A stretch of 64,000 bases of DNA. Source: a virus. Positions 47,856-58,890 of the stretch are shown here, in pieces. Made by a program: the position numbers and the translations under genes. Under the pieces are notes generated by a model. It was not told where the DNA came from. It made no database searches and saw only the letters and a program-made list of their open reading frames with translations. The stretch is taken from positions 1 to 64,000 of the IMG/VR virus record IMGVR_UViG_3300028422_001962; one strand, given 5' to 3'. The first letter of the stretch is position 1. The number at the start of each line of letters is the position of its first letter.

Positions 47856-49154
47856 ATGAGAGAGATGAAAGACAGCGGCATACAATGGCTCAAAGAAATA
47901 CCATCAAGCTGGAAACTTAAAAAAATTAAATACACATTGAAAGAGCGTATAGAAAAAAATAATCCTATAAGAACATCTGATATTTTGTCTCTTACTGCGA
48001 AGCAGGGTGTCATTCCTTATGACGAAAAAGAAGGTGGCGGTAATAAGCCAAAAGAGGATGTGAGCGCATATAGATTGGCATATCCTGGTGATATAGTGAT
48101 GAACAGCATGAACATTCTTTCTGGTTCGGTGGGATTGTCGCGTTATTTCGGATGTGTAAGTCCGGTATACTATATGCTCAGACCGTATAGCAATGAAGAC
48201 GACGTACGCTATTTTAACTATATTTTTCAGACTACCGTTTTTCAAAAAAGTTTATTTGGTCTCGGCAACGGTATTCTCATAAAAGAGTCTGGCAACGGTA
48301 AGTTAAACACGATTCGTATGCGAATACCGATGGACAAGTTCGGCAATTTAGTTATTCCAATAGCAACAGCACAAGAACAACGAATTATTGCCGACATCCT
48401 CGATAACAAATGCTCCGAAATAGACAGCCTTGTCGCGGATATCCAATCACAGATTGACACCTTGGAACAATATAAGCGGTCGGTCATCACTGAGGCGGTC
48501 ACAAAAGGCTTGAACCCGGATGCCGAGATGAAAGACAGTGGGATTGAATATGTAGGAACGATACCCGCACATTGGGATAAACATCCGCTATATTGCTATT
48601 TTGTAGAGAGGAAAAACAAAAACAGTCTTGGCAAAGAAGAAAACCTGCTATCTTTGAGCTATGGTCGCGTTATACAAAAAGATATCAACTCAAATGGCGG
48701 TTTACTTCCGGAAAGTTTTAATACCTATAACATTGTTGAAACCAACGATATCATTATCCGCCCAACTGACCTGCAAAATGATAAACGCAGTCTGCGTACC
48801 GGACTGGTAAAGGAACACGGTATTATTACATCTGCATATATAGCTTTAAAAGCAAAGGCAAACCTGATTTCCGGGTATTACCACTACCTGCTTCATGCGT
48901 TCGATGTTATGAAAGTGTTTTATAACATGGGTAACGGTGTGCGTCAGGGATTGAATTTCTCTGAATTTTCTCGTTTGATGGTTTTTTACCCTCCGTATGA
49001 GGAGCAAAAAGCAATCACTTCATATCTTGACAAAAAGTGCTCTGATATAGATTCTGTGATTGCCGATAAGCAGTCACAACTTGCATCCATTGATGAATAC
49101 AAAAAATCTCTCATCTACGAGTATGTCACAGGTAAAAAGGAGGTCACCGCATGA
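47856..49154 (+). CDS. hsdS: Type I RM specificity subunit
   Basis: Two MKDSGI.W/Y..IP..W repeats, two TRDs, EQ..I..LD.K coiled coils. Confidence 0.93.
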   Translation: MREMKDSGIQWLKEIPSSWKLKKIKYTLKERIEKNNPIRTSDILSLTAKQGVIPYDEKEGGGNKPKEDVSAYRLAYPGDIVMNSMNILSGSVGLSRYFGCVSPVYYMLRPYSNEDDVRYFNYIFQTTVFQKSLFGLGNGILIKESGNGKLNTIRMRIPMDKFGNLVIPIATAQEQRIIADILDNKCSEIDSLVADIQSQIDTLEQYKRSVITEAVTKGLNPDAEMKDSGIEYVGTIPAHWDKHPLYCYFVERKNKNSLGKEENLLSLSYGRVIQKDINSNGGLLPESFNTYNIVETNDIIIRPTDLQNDKRSLRTGLVKEHGIITSAYIALKAKANLISGYYHYLLHAFDVMKVFYNMGNGVRQGLNFSEFSRLMVFYPPYEEQKAITSYLDKKCSDIDSVIADKQSQLASIDEYKKSLIYEYVTGKKEVTA

Positions 49155-49552
49155 AAGTTGAATTTGCTGATTGTGAATTAGGGATTGGTGTTGCGTTATA
49201 TGTCTCTGGTACCGAATTTTTGAAAGCCGATAAGTCAAAAGATGAATTTTGTAGTCTTGCTGCAGCAACAGATGCTTTTTATAATCAACAAGGACTTGAC
49301 TACCATATTGGCTCAACAGACTATGATACGGTAAAACAATGGGTCAAAGCATCCGGCGCAGTAATATTCGCTATTGAATCAGACCGTTATGGACACAGAA
49401 AGTGGTATGAAATTTATGTGTCTACAGATAATCGCTACACCAGAATTATCTGGTCTGATGATGGCAGAGAGTATTATTCAAAAGATAGCTCAGATTTGAA
49501 AAAGACTCCGACTAATACTACAACAAGGCAGAAAGGAGGTCGTGACGTATGA
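49151..49552 (+). CDS. Hypothetical protein inserted between hsdS and hsdR
   Basis: ATGA overlaps at both ends. Confidence 0.7.
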   Translation: MKVEFADCELGIGVALYVSGTEFLKADKSKDEFCSLAAATDAFYNQQGLDYHIGSTDYDTVKQWVKASGAVIFAIESDRYGHRKWYEIYVSTDNRYTRIIWSDDGREYYSKDSSDLKKTPTNTTTRQKGGRDV

Positions 49553-52518
49553 ATAATATTCTTTCAGAAAAAGAATATCAGAAGTTTATAATGGAGCGTT
49601 TGGAACAAGACAACGGATATGTCATCCGTAAGGCTACCAGTTACGACCGCTTGTTTTCCATCGACCGTGAGCTGCTGTTTAAATTTCTGAACGATACGCA
49701 GGGCGCAACAATGGCGGCACTGCGAAAAATTTATAAAGACGATTTGGAAGAAACCATTGTCAGCTTCATTAACGCCGAGACAACAAAAACTCGCGGCAGT
49801 CTCTTGGACATACTGAAACATGGGATTGAAATCTCAAGCATGAAGCTGGAGCTGATGTATACCAAACCGGCTACCACCTTCAACAAGGAGCTTCTTGCAA
49901 ACTATGAAAAAAACATCTTCTCAGTCATGGAGGAGGTCTGGGCAAGCGACAATGAACGGGTCGATTTGGTCATCTTCCTGAACGGTCTAACCATCATGTC
50001 CTTTGAGCTGAAGTGCAATGTTGCCGGGCAGTCCTATCAGGATGCGATTTATCAGTACCGCTGTGAGCGCAATCCGAAGACGCGTCTGTTCCTGTTTAAG
50101 GCAGGATGCCTGGTCAACTTTGCGATGGATCTTGAAGAGGTCTATATGACCACGAAGCTGTCCGGTGACTCTACTTTCTTTCTGCCGTTCAATATTGGCA
50201 ACGGAGAAGGCGTCAACGCTGGAGCGGGCAATCCCACCTTTAAGGACAAGTACAGCGTGTCCTATATGTGGGAGGACATTCTCACAAAGGATACCGTGCT
50301 GGGCCTCATCAGCAAGTTCATTTTTGTTGAGACAAAGGAAATAGAGGACGAGTTTACAGGTAAGATCAAAAAGACCGAAAGCATAATTTTCCCACGTTAC
50401 CACCAGTTGGACGTTATCCGCAAGTTATTGGGCGACGTCCGCGAAAATAGAACTGCTCAGAATTATCTGATTCAGCACAGCGCAGGTTCCGGTAAAACGA
50501 ATTCTATCGCTTGGCTGGCCCACCGGCTCACGTCACTACATGACGAAGACGATAAAATCATCTTTGATAATGTGGTCATCATCACCGACCGCGTGGTTGT
50601 CGACCGTCAACTTCAGAAGGCCATCATGGGTATGGAGCACAAGACAGGACTTATCCGAGTGATGGACGACAAGTGCAACTCCGCCGACCTTGCAATCGCC
50701 CTCAAAGGCAACACAAAGATCATTGCAACCACGATTCAGAAATTTCCGTATATCGTGGACAGCGTCGTGGGTTTGAAAACGAAACGCTTCGCGGTCATTA
50801 TCGATGAGGCGCATTCATCTACTGCCGGGAAGGACATGGCGGCGGTCACACAGTCTTTGGGTACCGGTGAGCAGGATTACACGGATGTGCAGGACATCAT
50901 TGCCGACGAGATTGCCCGCAATGGCAAGCAGGTTAATGTGTCGATGTTTGCGTTTACTGCAACACCGAAGCCGACCACCCTTCAGCTTTTCGGGATGTTG
51001 AATACCAAGGGACAGCGCGAGGCGTTCCACGTTTACTCTATGAAGCAAGCCATTGAAGAGGGCTTCATTCTTGATGTGCTGCAAAACTACACAACTTACG
51101 ATACCTTCTATCAGATAAATAAAGAAATCGAGGACGACCCCCGCTGTAAGACTTCGGACGCCAAGCGGCAGATTGCCCGCTTCGTGGAACTGCACGAAAC
51201 GAACATCTCGCAGCGTATTGAAGTCATCGTGGAGCATTTCCGAACTTCCGTTATGGCGGAGCTTGGCGGTATGGCAAAAGCAATGGTGATTACAGCTTCC
51301 CGGCAGGGTGCTGTAAAATACCGTCAGGCTTTCGAGGACTTTATTACGAAAAAGGGCTACAAGGATATTCGCGCTTTGGTGGCCTTCTCTGGCAAGGTGA
51401 AACTGCCGGATAACGACACAGCCGAATATACCGAAGCCTCCATGAATGGTTTCTCTGAAGAGCAGCTCACGAAGGAATTTGAAAAGGACGATTATCAAGT
51501 CCTGCTTGTGGCAAATAAATATCAGACGGGATTCGACCAGCCGAAGTTGTGCGCTATGTATGTTATGAAAAAGCTGAAAGGTGTTACAGCCGTGCAGACG
51601 CTGTCCCGTTTGAACCGGATATTCCCGCCGTTTGAAAAGCACACATTCGTGTTGGACTTTGTGAACGACTATGCGGATATTACTGCTGCCTTTGCGCCGT
51701 ATTACACGACAACATTACTGTCGAATTCAGTTACACCCACGGCAATTTATGATCTTGAAGCTAATATCGACTCCTATACCGTTCTTGATCCGGATGATAT
51801 TGAGAAGGCGAACGACCTGCTCTACAGCGACAACATTACGTCGAAGGACAAGCAGAAACTGACCTTCTATTTCAAAAAGGCGAAAAATCTGATTGAAAAT
51901 TACGATGTGACCAAGCAGCAGGAAATCGTAGCTCTCATGCGCCACTTCGTTCGTTTTTATGAGTTTCTGCTCCAAGTTTCCTGTTTTGAGGATGTAGACC
52001 TACACAAGAAGTACAATTTCATTACTTACTTGCTTTCTTACATCAACATCAAGCATCCAGGCGGCGGCTATAACCTTGACGGAAAAATCAAGGCAACCAA
52101 TTTCGTCCAGAAAAAGGACGAGGAGCATAATAAATCTGATCTTGTCGCTCAACCGGTTATGAAACTGCCGACGGCCGAGAGCTTTGGCTTGACCGAAGCC
52201 AAGGAAGAAAAGCTTTCCCAAATTATCGCGGAAATCAATAGTCGCACAGGGAAAGCCTATGATAATGATGTTGCGGTAAAAGCAATGCTGCAAATCCGGG
52301 ACCTATTGCTAAAATCGGACAAGCTGAAAACCAGCGCCCGGAACAACACCGTCAAAGATTTTGAGTTTTCCTATTTTGACGATATTGACGATGCCCTGAT
52401 TGAGGGACTTTCGCAGAATCAGGACTTTTTCTCGATGCTTTTGAGCAACGAGGAAATAAAGCGGCAGGTGCTTGGCATATTCACCGACGAAATATACGCA
52501 AGCCTGCGTAAAGCATAA
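49549..52518 (+). CDS. hsdR: Type I RM restriction subunit
   Basis: RVD..LNG..ELK, QHSAGSGKT, IDEAH, FTATPK, TGFDQP, QTLSRLNR. Confidence 0.95.
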   Translation: MNNILSEKEYQKFIMERLEQDNGYVIRKATSYDRLFSIDRELLFKFLNDTQGATMAALRKIYKDDLEETIVSFINAETTKTRGSLLDILKHGIEISSMKLELMYTKPATTFNKELLANYEKNIFSVMEEVWASDNERVDLVIFLNGLTIMSFELKCNVAGQSYQDAIYQYRCERNPKTRLFLFKAGCLVNFAMDLEEVYMTTKLSGDSTFFLPFNIGNGEGVNAGAGNPTFKDKYSVSYMWEDILTKDTVLGLISKFIFVETKEIEDEFTGKIKKTESIIFPRYHQLDVIRKLLGDVRENRTAQNYLIQHSAGSGKTNSIAWLAHRLTSLHDEDDKIIFDNVVIITDRVVVDRQLQKAIMGMEHKTGLIRVMDDKCNSADLAIALKGNTKIIATTIQKFPYIVDSVVGLKTKRFAVIIDEAHSSTAGKDMAAVTQSLGTGEQDYTDVQDIIADEIARNGKQVNVSMFAFTATPKPTTLQLFGMLNTKGQREAFHVYSMKQAIEEGFILDVLQNYTTYDTFYQINKEIEDDPRCKTSDAKRQIARFVELHETNISQRIEVIVEHFRTSVMAELGGMAKAMVITASRQGAVKYRQAFEDFITKKGYKDIRALVAFSGKVKLPDNDTAEYTEASMNGFSEEQLTKEFEKDDYQVLLVANKYQTGFDQPKLCAMYVMKKLKGVTAVQTLSRLNRIFPPFEKHTFVLDFVNDYADITAAFAPYYTTTLLSNSVTPTAIYDLEANIDSYTVLDPDDIEKANDLLYSDNITSKDKQKLTFYFKKAKNLIENYDVTKQQEIVALMRHFVRFYEFLLQVSCFEDVDLHKKYNFITYLLSYINIKHPGGGYNLDGKIKATNFVQKKDEEHNKSDLVAQPVMKLPTAESFGLTEAKEEKLSQIIAEINSRTGKAYDNDVAVKAMLQIRDLLLKSDKLKTSARNNTVKDFEFSYFDDIDDALIEGLSQNQDFFSMLLSNEEIKRQVLGIFTDEIYASLRKA

Positions 52519-52529
52519 GGAGGGGTATC

Positions 52530-55361
52530 ATGTTTGAAAAATTTCGTTTGCAGGACGCGCTTGTAAAATACAAGCAGAATTTCGTTTCTACCCAATGGGG
52601 AAACGAGAAATACAAGTGGGAAGCAGTTAAGTTCTTTCAGGACAATTGGGATGTCAATGCAGCGAATTTTGCCTCAATGCTGACTCTCTCCCTCTCGAAA
52701 ACATATAATCTGCTCGCGTCTATGAACAACTTTCCAGCGCGAATGATTGAGAAATTTGCGGAAACGGCTCCCGAAGAAGTGCGGGCGATGTTCATTGCCC
52801 TGTTCGATGAAAGCAAGGATGTCGTTACCAGAATTACAGATTTTAAAGACCAGTCATCCATTCTCCTCGAAAAGTATGGCAACGGAGCGGGACAGCATTA
52901 TCAGTACGAAAATGCCGTCAGCACCTACTTATGGCTGCGTTATCCCGACAAATATTACATTTATAAATACGGCGAGATAAAAACCGCCGCAGATGAACTC
53001 GGCAGTGATTATCGATTCAAGAAAGGCGCATATGCGGACAATCTGCGCAATTTCTATAGCTTTTATGATGAGCTGTGTGCGGAAATCAAGAAGGATGAAG
53101 AACTCGTAAGTCTGCTCAAATCCCAGCTTACGGACGATTGCTATCCAGACCCGGAATACAGAACGCTTACAATCGATGTCGGCTTTTACATCAGCCGCTA
53201 CTTTTCGCAGAAGGAATCCGTAGCCACTGACGACTGGTTTCCGACAGATTACACGCCTAACATTTCTGTCGATGAGTGGGTAGAACTTCTTAATGATCCC
53301 GATGTATTTACGACTGGAAGCCTTGAAATCATGAAGCGCATGAAGGACTACGGCGGGCAGGCTACTTGTACTCAGCTCTCCATCAAATACGGTGAAACGA
53401 AGAATTTCTACAATAGTGGTTCTTCTGCTTTGGCGCGTCGTATTGCTGAAAAAACCGGCTGCCCTGTAATGGATAGAGATGAAGAAAACTCCCGCTGGTG
53501 GCCGATTCTGTATTTTGGACGCAATGCGGGTAAAGATGACTCTGGCAGCTATACATGGAAACTACGAGATGAGTTATCGGCCGCAATTGATAAAGTCGAT
53601 ATGTCTGAGGTTTCGCTTTATGCTGATGCGACTCCTTCAATTTGGAAAATAAGCCATGGAACCGAAAGCACCGGCATTTCAGATGAAAACAAGCAGATAT
53701 TTATGGATCGCGGCGTTATTGTGGTACATAGTACAACCAAGGCAAAAGCCACGTCAAAAGTGTCCCAGGGTGAGTCATTTACCTATTCCATGAAAATGGG
53801 CGATTATTTTTACTTGTGCTATGGCAGCAGAATTCAACTTTTAGGGCAAATCACAAGCAACGATGCTGTGGAAAATCCAGAAATGAAGGATGGCTGGTAT
53901 GAACGTCCATACCGAGTTGTCGCCATGCCGAAAATCAATGATTCCTATGATGGTGTAAAAAAGTGGTGGACGCCTAATGATAACTCCACTTGCATAAAGG
54001 TTGATGACAAGCCATTGTTTGAGGAATTAATTCTCAAACCGTATTTTGGCTTGACGGTTGTACAGCTTCTTGGCGATACCAATGAGCAGCACGGCTATTG
54101 GTGGTTAAATGCAAATCCGAAAATTTGGAGTTTTTCGGACATTGCTGTCGGAGAAGTTCAGTCATATACACTTTATAATGATAATGGCAACAAACGCCGC
54201 ATTTTTCAAAATTTCTTAGATGCAAAAGCCGGTGATATGATAATCGGCTATGAATCGAACCCTGTTAAACAGATTGTTGCGATTGGCAAGGTCAGTGCGG
54301 AACAAGATGGTGAAAAAATTTATTTTGAAAAAATCGAGGGGCTTTCCTCGCCGATTGATTATCAAACGCTGAAAAGCTGTTCCGAGCTGGAAAGAATGGA
54401 ATATTTCAGCAATCCGCAAGGCAGCTTATTTAAGCTGACAAAGGGCGAGTACGATTTTATCGTCGATATGATTCGAGATGAAAACCCACTTGCTCAAGAA
54501 GAAAAAGCAGAAGAGTACGACAAGGCGGACTTTCTTAATGAGGTTTACATGACAGAGAGCCGCTACGATATGCTTCTTTCTGTCCTGAAAAACAAAAAGA
54601 ACATCATTCTGCAGGGCGCACCCGGTGTCGGGAAAACTTTTGCAGCAAAGCGCCTTGCATACTCGATGATCGGAGAAATGGACGAAAACCGAATTGAATT
54701 CGTTCAGTTCCACCAGAATTACTCTTACGAAGATTTCATGATGGGCTATAAACCTGTGAATGATGGTTTTGAGTTGAAATACGGTATCTTTTATCGTTTT
54801 TGCCAAAAAGCTGCAAACCAGCCGGACAAAGATTTCTTCTTTATCATTGATGAAATCAATCGGGGTAATATGAGTAAAATCTTCGGTGAGCTACTCATGT
54901 TGATTGAGCGCGATTACCGTGGTACGAAGACAACACTCGCCTATAACGGCTTGGCATTCACGGTACCCAAGAACATATATATCATCGGTATGATGAATAC
55001 CGCCGACCGCAGTCTTGCCATGATTGATTATGCGCTTCGCCGCCGCTTCAGCTTCTTTGAGATCGAACCGGGCTTTGATTCCGATGGCTTTGTAAAATAT
55101 CAAAACGCCTTGAACAATGAAACATTTAATGAGCTTATTAATAAGGTACAAGAACTTAACAAGGAAATCTCACTTGATAAATCTTTAGGAAAAGGGTTCT
55201 GTATTGGACACAGTTATTTCTGCGGACAAGTTACCTGCTCGGACGAATGGATGCATTCCATTGTTGACTATGATATTCTGCCGATGCTGAGTGAGTATTG
55301 GTTTGACGATAGCGGAAAGCTACAGCGTTGGGAGAACATTTTGCGTGGTGTATTCCAATGA
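52530..55361 (+). CDS. mcrB: McrB GTPase with multi-domain N-terminus including an EVE-like domain
   Basis: YWWLNANPKIW..GD.IIGYE EVE-like; GAPGVGKT, IDEINRG, MNTAD, RRRF. Confidence 0.9.
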   Translation: MFEKFRLQDALVKYKQNFVSTQWGNEKYKWEAVKFFQDNWDVNAANFASMLTLSLSKTYNLLASMNNFPARMIEKFAETAPEEVRAMFIALFDESKDVVTRITDFKDQSSILLEKYGNGAGQHYQYENAVSTYLWLRYPDKYYIYKYGEIKTAADELGSDYRFKKGAYADNLRNFYSFYDELCAEIKKDEELVSLLKSQLTDDCYPDPEYRTLTIDVGFYISRYFSQKESVATDDWFPTDYTPNISVDEWVELLNDPDVFTTGSLEIMKRMKDYGGQATCTQLSIKYGETKNFYNSGSSALARRIAEKTGCPVMDRDEENSRWWPILYFGRNAGKDDSGSYTWKLRDELSAAIDKVDMSEVSLYADATPSIWKISHGTESTGISDENKQIFMDRGVIVVHSTTKAKATSKVSQGESFTYSMKMGDYFYLCYGSRIQLLGQITSNDAVENPEMKDGWYERPYRVVAMPKINDSYDGVKKWWTPNDNSTCIKVDDKPLFEELILKPYFGLTVVQLLGDTNEQHGYWWLNANPKIWSFSDIAVGEVQSYTLYNDNGNKRRIFQNFLDAKAGDMIIGYESNPVKQIVAIGKVSAEQDGEKIYFEKIEGLSSPIDYQTLKSCSELERMEYFSNPQGSLFKLTKGEYDFIVDMIRDENPLAQEEKAEEYDKADFLNEVYMTESRYDMLLSVLKNKKNIILQGAPGVGKTFAAKRLAYSMIGEMDENRIEFVQFHQNYSYEDFMMGYKPVNDGFELKYGIFYRFCQKAANQPDKDFFFIIDEINRGNMSKIFGELLMLIERDYRGTKTTLAYNGLAFTVPKNIYIIGMMNTADRSLAMIDYALRRRFSFFEIEPGFDSDGFVKYQNALNNETFNELINKVQELNKEISLDKSLGKGFCIGHSYFCGQVTCSDEWMHSIVDYDILPMLSEYWFDDSGKLQRWENILRGVFQ

Positions 55362-56422
55362 TTAAGAACAAGAGCATTTTCATAAAAAACATATATTATA
55401 TGCTTTCCTATGCCTTTACGACATTGAATCAATCTAATTTTGAAGATGTGGCGACTGAGGAATTTGAGAATATGCATAACCTCTTTGCCGCAATTCTCGC
55501 AAAAGGCATCGGCCAACAGTTGAAGCAGGGTTTGTATCGCGAGTATTTGAACAAAAGAGAAAATATGGCGGTCATGCGTGGAAAAATCGATATGTCTGGA
55601 ACTATCAAAAACAAGATTGCACGGCAGCAAATTCTTTCTTGCGATTATGATGATCTGTCGGAAAACAATCTCCTAAATCAAATCCTGAAGACCACAGTTA
55701 TGATTTTGCTCCGTCTGTCAAAAGTCAATACCGAGTATAAAGACGCGCTCAAAAAAGAAATGCTATTTTTCTCAAATGTTGATACCATCGAACCGGCATC
55801 AATCCGATGGTCGTCAATTCGTTTCCAGCGAAATAATCAGACTTATCGTATGCTCGTCAGTATCTGCCAGCTTATTCTGGAAGGAATGCTTTTGACAACG
55901 GAACAAGGCGAATACAAGCTGGCTTCTTTTGTTGACGAGCAGAGAATGTGCCGTTTATATGAGAAGTTTATATTGGAATACTACAGCAAGAAGTTTCCTG
56001 CATTGAGTGTGAGTGCATCGCAGATTCCGTGGGCCTTGGATGACGGCATTGGAACGATGCTCCCCACAATGCAGAGTGATATTACACTTTCTCACGGAAA
56101 CGAAGTGCTTATTATTGATGCAAAGTATTATTCTCATACCACGCAGGCGCAATATGATGTACATACGCTTCATTCCGGCAACCTGTATCAGATATTTACC
56201 TATGTAAAGAACAGAGACTCCGAATTTGGAGAGAAACCACATAAGGTATCAGGAATGCTTCTGTATGCCAAAACCGATGAAACAATACAGCCAGACAATG
56301 AATATCGGATGAGTGGTAACAAAATCAGCGTAAGGACACTCGACTTGAATTGCGAGTTTCCTGTAATCGCTGCACAGCTAAATAGCATCGCTAAGAGTCA
56401 TTTTGGTGAGATCATTGCGTAA
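55358..56422 (+). CDS. mcrC: McrC endonuclease
   Basis: IKNIYYMLSYA; QSDI..IIDAKYY..LYQIFTY; ATGA overlap with mcrB. Confidence 0.92.
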   Translation: MIKNKSIFIKNIYYMLSYAFTTLNQSNFEDVATEEFENMHNLFAAILAKGIGQQLKQGLYREYLNKRENMAVMRGKIDMSGTIKNKIARQQILSCDYDDLSENNLLNQILKTTVMILLRLSKVNTEYKDALKKEMLFFSNVDTIEPASIRWSSIRFQRNNQTYRMLVSICQLILEGMLLTTEQGEYKLASFVDEQRMCRLYEKFILEYYSKKFPALSVSASQIPWALDDGIGTMLPTMQSDITLSHGNEVLIIDAKYYSHTTQAQYDVHTLHSGNLYQIFTYVKNRDSEFGEKPHKVSGMLLYAKTDETIQPDNEYRMSGNKISVRTLDLNCEFPVIAAQLNSIAKSHFGEIIA

Positions 56423-56447
56423 TCTTTAACCCGGGAGGAGGTGCATT

Positions 56448-57482
56448 ATGCCCTTTACTATCGTCCGGCAGGACATCACAAAAATGAAAGTTGACGCCAT
56501 TGTCAATGCCGCCAACACCGATCTGCAAATGGGCGGTGGGGTTTGCGGAGCTATATTCAAAGCTGCGGGAGTACTTGAACTCCAAGCCGCCTGTGATAAA
56601 CTCGCTCCGATAAAGACGGGCGAGGCAATTATTACTCCAGGCTTCAATCTCTCAGCTAAGTTTGTTATCCATGCGGTGGGTCCGGTTTATCGGCATTGGA
56701 GCAAAGAGCAGAACGAGCAGCACCTTCACGCTGCCTATACGAACTCGCTGAAAAGAGCTGTTGAAAACAAGTGTGAAAGCATAGCATTTCCTTTGATTTC
56801 AAGTGGTATCTATGGCTATCCAAAAGACGAGGCACTTAAAGTGGCTACCTCAGCGATTCAAGATTTCCTCAAAGATTACGATCTTGAGGTGACCATTGTG
56901 GTGTTTGACAAGTCAGCATTCACCATCAGCCGCGAACTACTCGGAGAAGTCGAAAGCTACATTGATGAGCATTATATCGAAACACACCAAATAAAGCGGC
57001 GACAACTGCTTGATATAGAGCGGGAAGCCTTTTACGAAGCTGACAAAGATGTTAGTAAATATAACAAGCCTCTTTTTGAAGAAATGCTCGCTCCGTCTGT
57101 TGGTGCGCCCGCTCCACTTGATGATTTGGTCGGCAATCTGGACGAGCCGTTCTCCGCGACACTCCTGCGGCTGATTGACGCCAAGGAAAAGACGGATGTG
57201 GAAGTTTACAAACGTGCAAATCTTGACCGAAAGCTGTTCTCCAAGATACGGAGCAACAAAGGCTATACGCCGAGTAAGCGCACTGCCCTTGCTCTTGCCG
57301 TGGCGCTGGAATTGTCACTCAGCGAAACTGATGACCTCTTGGAGCGGGCAGGATATGCACTTTCCCATGCAGCCAAGTTCGATGTAATCGTGGAATATTT
57401 CATCACTAACGGTAAATATGACGTTTTCGAGATAAATGAAGTGCTGTTTGAGTACGACCAGCCGCTGTTGGGAGGGTGTTGA
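56448..57482 (+). CDS. Macrodomain (ADP-ribose) protein with C-terminal HTH-like domain
   Basis: DAIVNAAN..GGGVCGAI, IHAVGP, FPLISSGIYGYP; ANLDRKLFSKIR. Confidence 0.88.
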   Translation: MPFTIVRQDITKMKVDAIVNAANTDLQMGGGVCGAIFKAAGVLELQAACDKLAPIKTGEAIITPGFNLSAKFVIHAVGPVYRHWSKEQNEQHLHAAYTNSLKRAVENKCESIAFPLISSGIYGYPKDEALKVATSAIQDFLKDYDLEVTIVVFDKSAFTISRELLGEVESYIDEHYIETHQIKRRQLLDIEREAFYEADKDVSKYNKPLFEEMLAPSVGAPAPLDDLVGNLDEPFSATLLRLIDAKEKTDVEVYKRANLDRKLFSKIRSNKGYTPSKRTALALAVALELSLSETDDLLERAGYALSHAAKFDVIVEYFITNGKYDVFEINEVLFEYDQPLLGGC

Positions 57483-58792
57483 TTGTGGATTATTTTCTGA
57501 TTATAGCATTGCCAATAATAGCACTCGCTCAAATTGCCGGAGGGGTAGTTTTTTTGTGTAAAAAAACAAATTCCAACGATAACAACGCCATAAGCACAGA
57601 ACAGTCCGATTCAACTAACTCGGAGGTACTTATGCCAGTAGGATGTGTTAAGGGCTACGAAATAACTATACCAATTGAACTTCTGCCTGCGACAACCCAG
57701 ATTGAGGATAAGAGCCTGTTTGAAATTACTGACCACACGGTCATTTCTCGAATTTCTGGACTAATACCTTTTACATTGCAAAATGGGACAAGGATAATGG
57801 CAAACAATGCTCTCAACCCACTAAAAGGTACAGAGTTAGTAAAAATGGATATTCCATTTTCACAACTCACGAAGTCGAAAGACATGGCAGGTGCTGCAAG
57901 AGGTTATGTTCACGGAGGTAAGGGCGTAGCGGCACAAGCAAATTTAACTAAAGTTGACATGACCAAAGTCACAAAAGCGACTGCTGTCGCTAACGGAGTG
58001 GCGAATGTGATGAATGTTGGCTCTTTAGTCGTCGGACAGTATTATATGTCCGAGATAAGTTCCAAGTTAGAAACTATGACAAAGAGCATAGATAAAATCA
58101 GCGATTTTCAAGACAGGGAGTTTAAGAGTCGGATATTATCGGTGATTACTCTTGTTGGAGAAATTTCTCAATTCAGCTCTGAAATAATGGAAGACGATGA
58201 GCAGCGAACACTTAAACTTTCAGCTTTAGAAAACTTAAAAGCTACTGCTACCGAACTGCTGGGGCAAGTAAACATTACAATATCTGGAATCACTCAGAAA
58301 AGCCCTAATCCTAATTATGAAGATTATCAGTACAAAGTTGGAGATCTCAAAGTTTTAGTTGAGTATCAAAACATATTAGTTGCTGTTCTCGCGGAAATTA
58401 GCAAGTTGACGTATTTGTTAGGTAAAGGGGCAATTTCGACTGAACGCAGCTATGCCATATACAGTAAGTATTTGGAACAAGCCAAACAAACTCGAACCCT
58501 TCTTGGACAATGGCACGATAAGCAAGTTACGGCACTGCATATTGATTTAAACAAAGAGCGCATTTCCAAAGCGGGGTTTGAAGCTATTATTTCGGCTCCA
58601 CTGGGCTTGATAGATGATAAATTTAAGTTTAAGGCCTTAAAACAAAGCCTTGTTTACGAGATAAGCACCCAAGCTAACCAAAGTCTCGAAAGTCCAGATG
58701 AACCAAAACGTATCTACGATGAAGATGTAGAAATCATCATAAAGGACGGCAAATATTATTATCTACACGAATCACTGGAAACGGATGAATAA
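57476..58792 (+). CDS. Hypothetical membrane-anchored helical protein
   Basis: N-terminal hydrophobic segment; VVGQYYMSEI..KL; start uncertain. Confidence 0.6.
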   Translation: MLIVDYFLIIALPIIALAQIAGGVVFLCKKTNSNDNNAISTEQSDSTNSEVLMPVGCVKGYEITIPIELLPATTQIEDKSLFEITDHTVISRISGLIPFTLQNGTRIMANNALNPLKGTELVKMDIPFSQLTKSKDMAGAARGYVHGGKGVAAQANLTKVDMTKVTKATAVANGVANVMNVGSLVVGQYYMSEISSKLETMTKSIDKISDFQDREFKSRILSVITLVGEISQFSSEIMEDDEQRTLKLSALENLKATATELLGQVNITISGITQKSPNPNYEDYQYKVGDLKVLVEYQNILVAVLAEISKLTYLLGKGAISTERSYAIYSKYLEQAKQTRTLLGQWHDKQVTALHIDLNKERISKAGFEAIISAPLGLIDDKFKFKALKQSLVYEISTQANQSLESPDEPKRIYDEDVEIIIKDGKYYYLHESLETDE

Positions 58793-58812
58793 CAATTTCG
58801 TAAGCTGTTAAT

Positions 58813-58829
58813 GTCGTTTCGGAAGCGAC
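58813..58829. promoter_or_regulatory. Palindromic operator upstream of vWA gene
   Basis: GTCGTTTC-G-GAAGCGAC in the -35 position before a TAGTAT/TATTCT -10. Confidence 0.5.
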
Positions 58830-58890
58830 CTCTCGCCCCTCGCCAAGTAGTATTCTAAGGTTACAATAAAAATCTTAGGAGGCTACGGAA

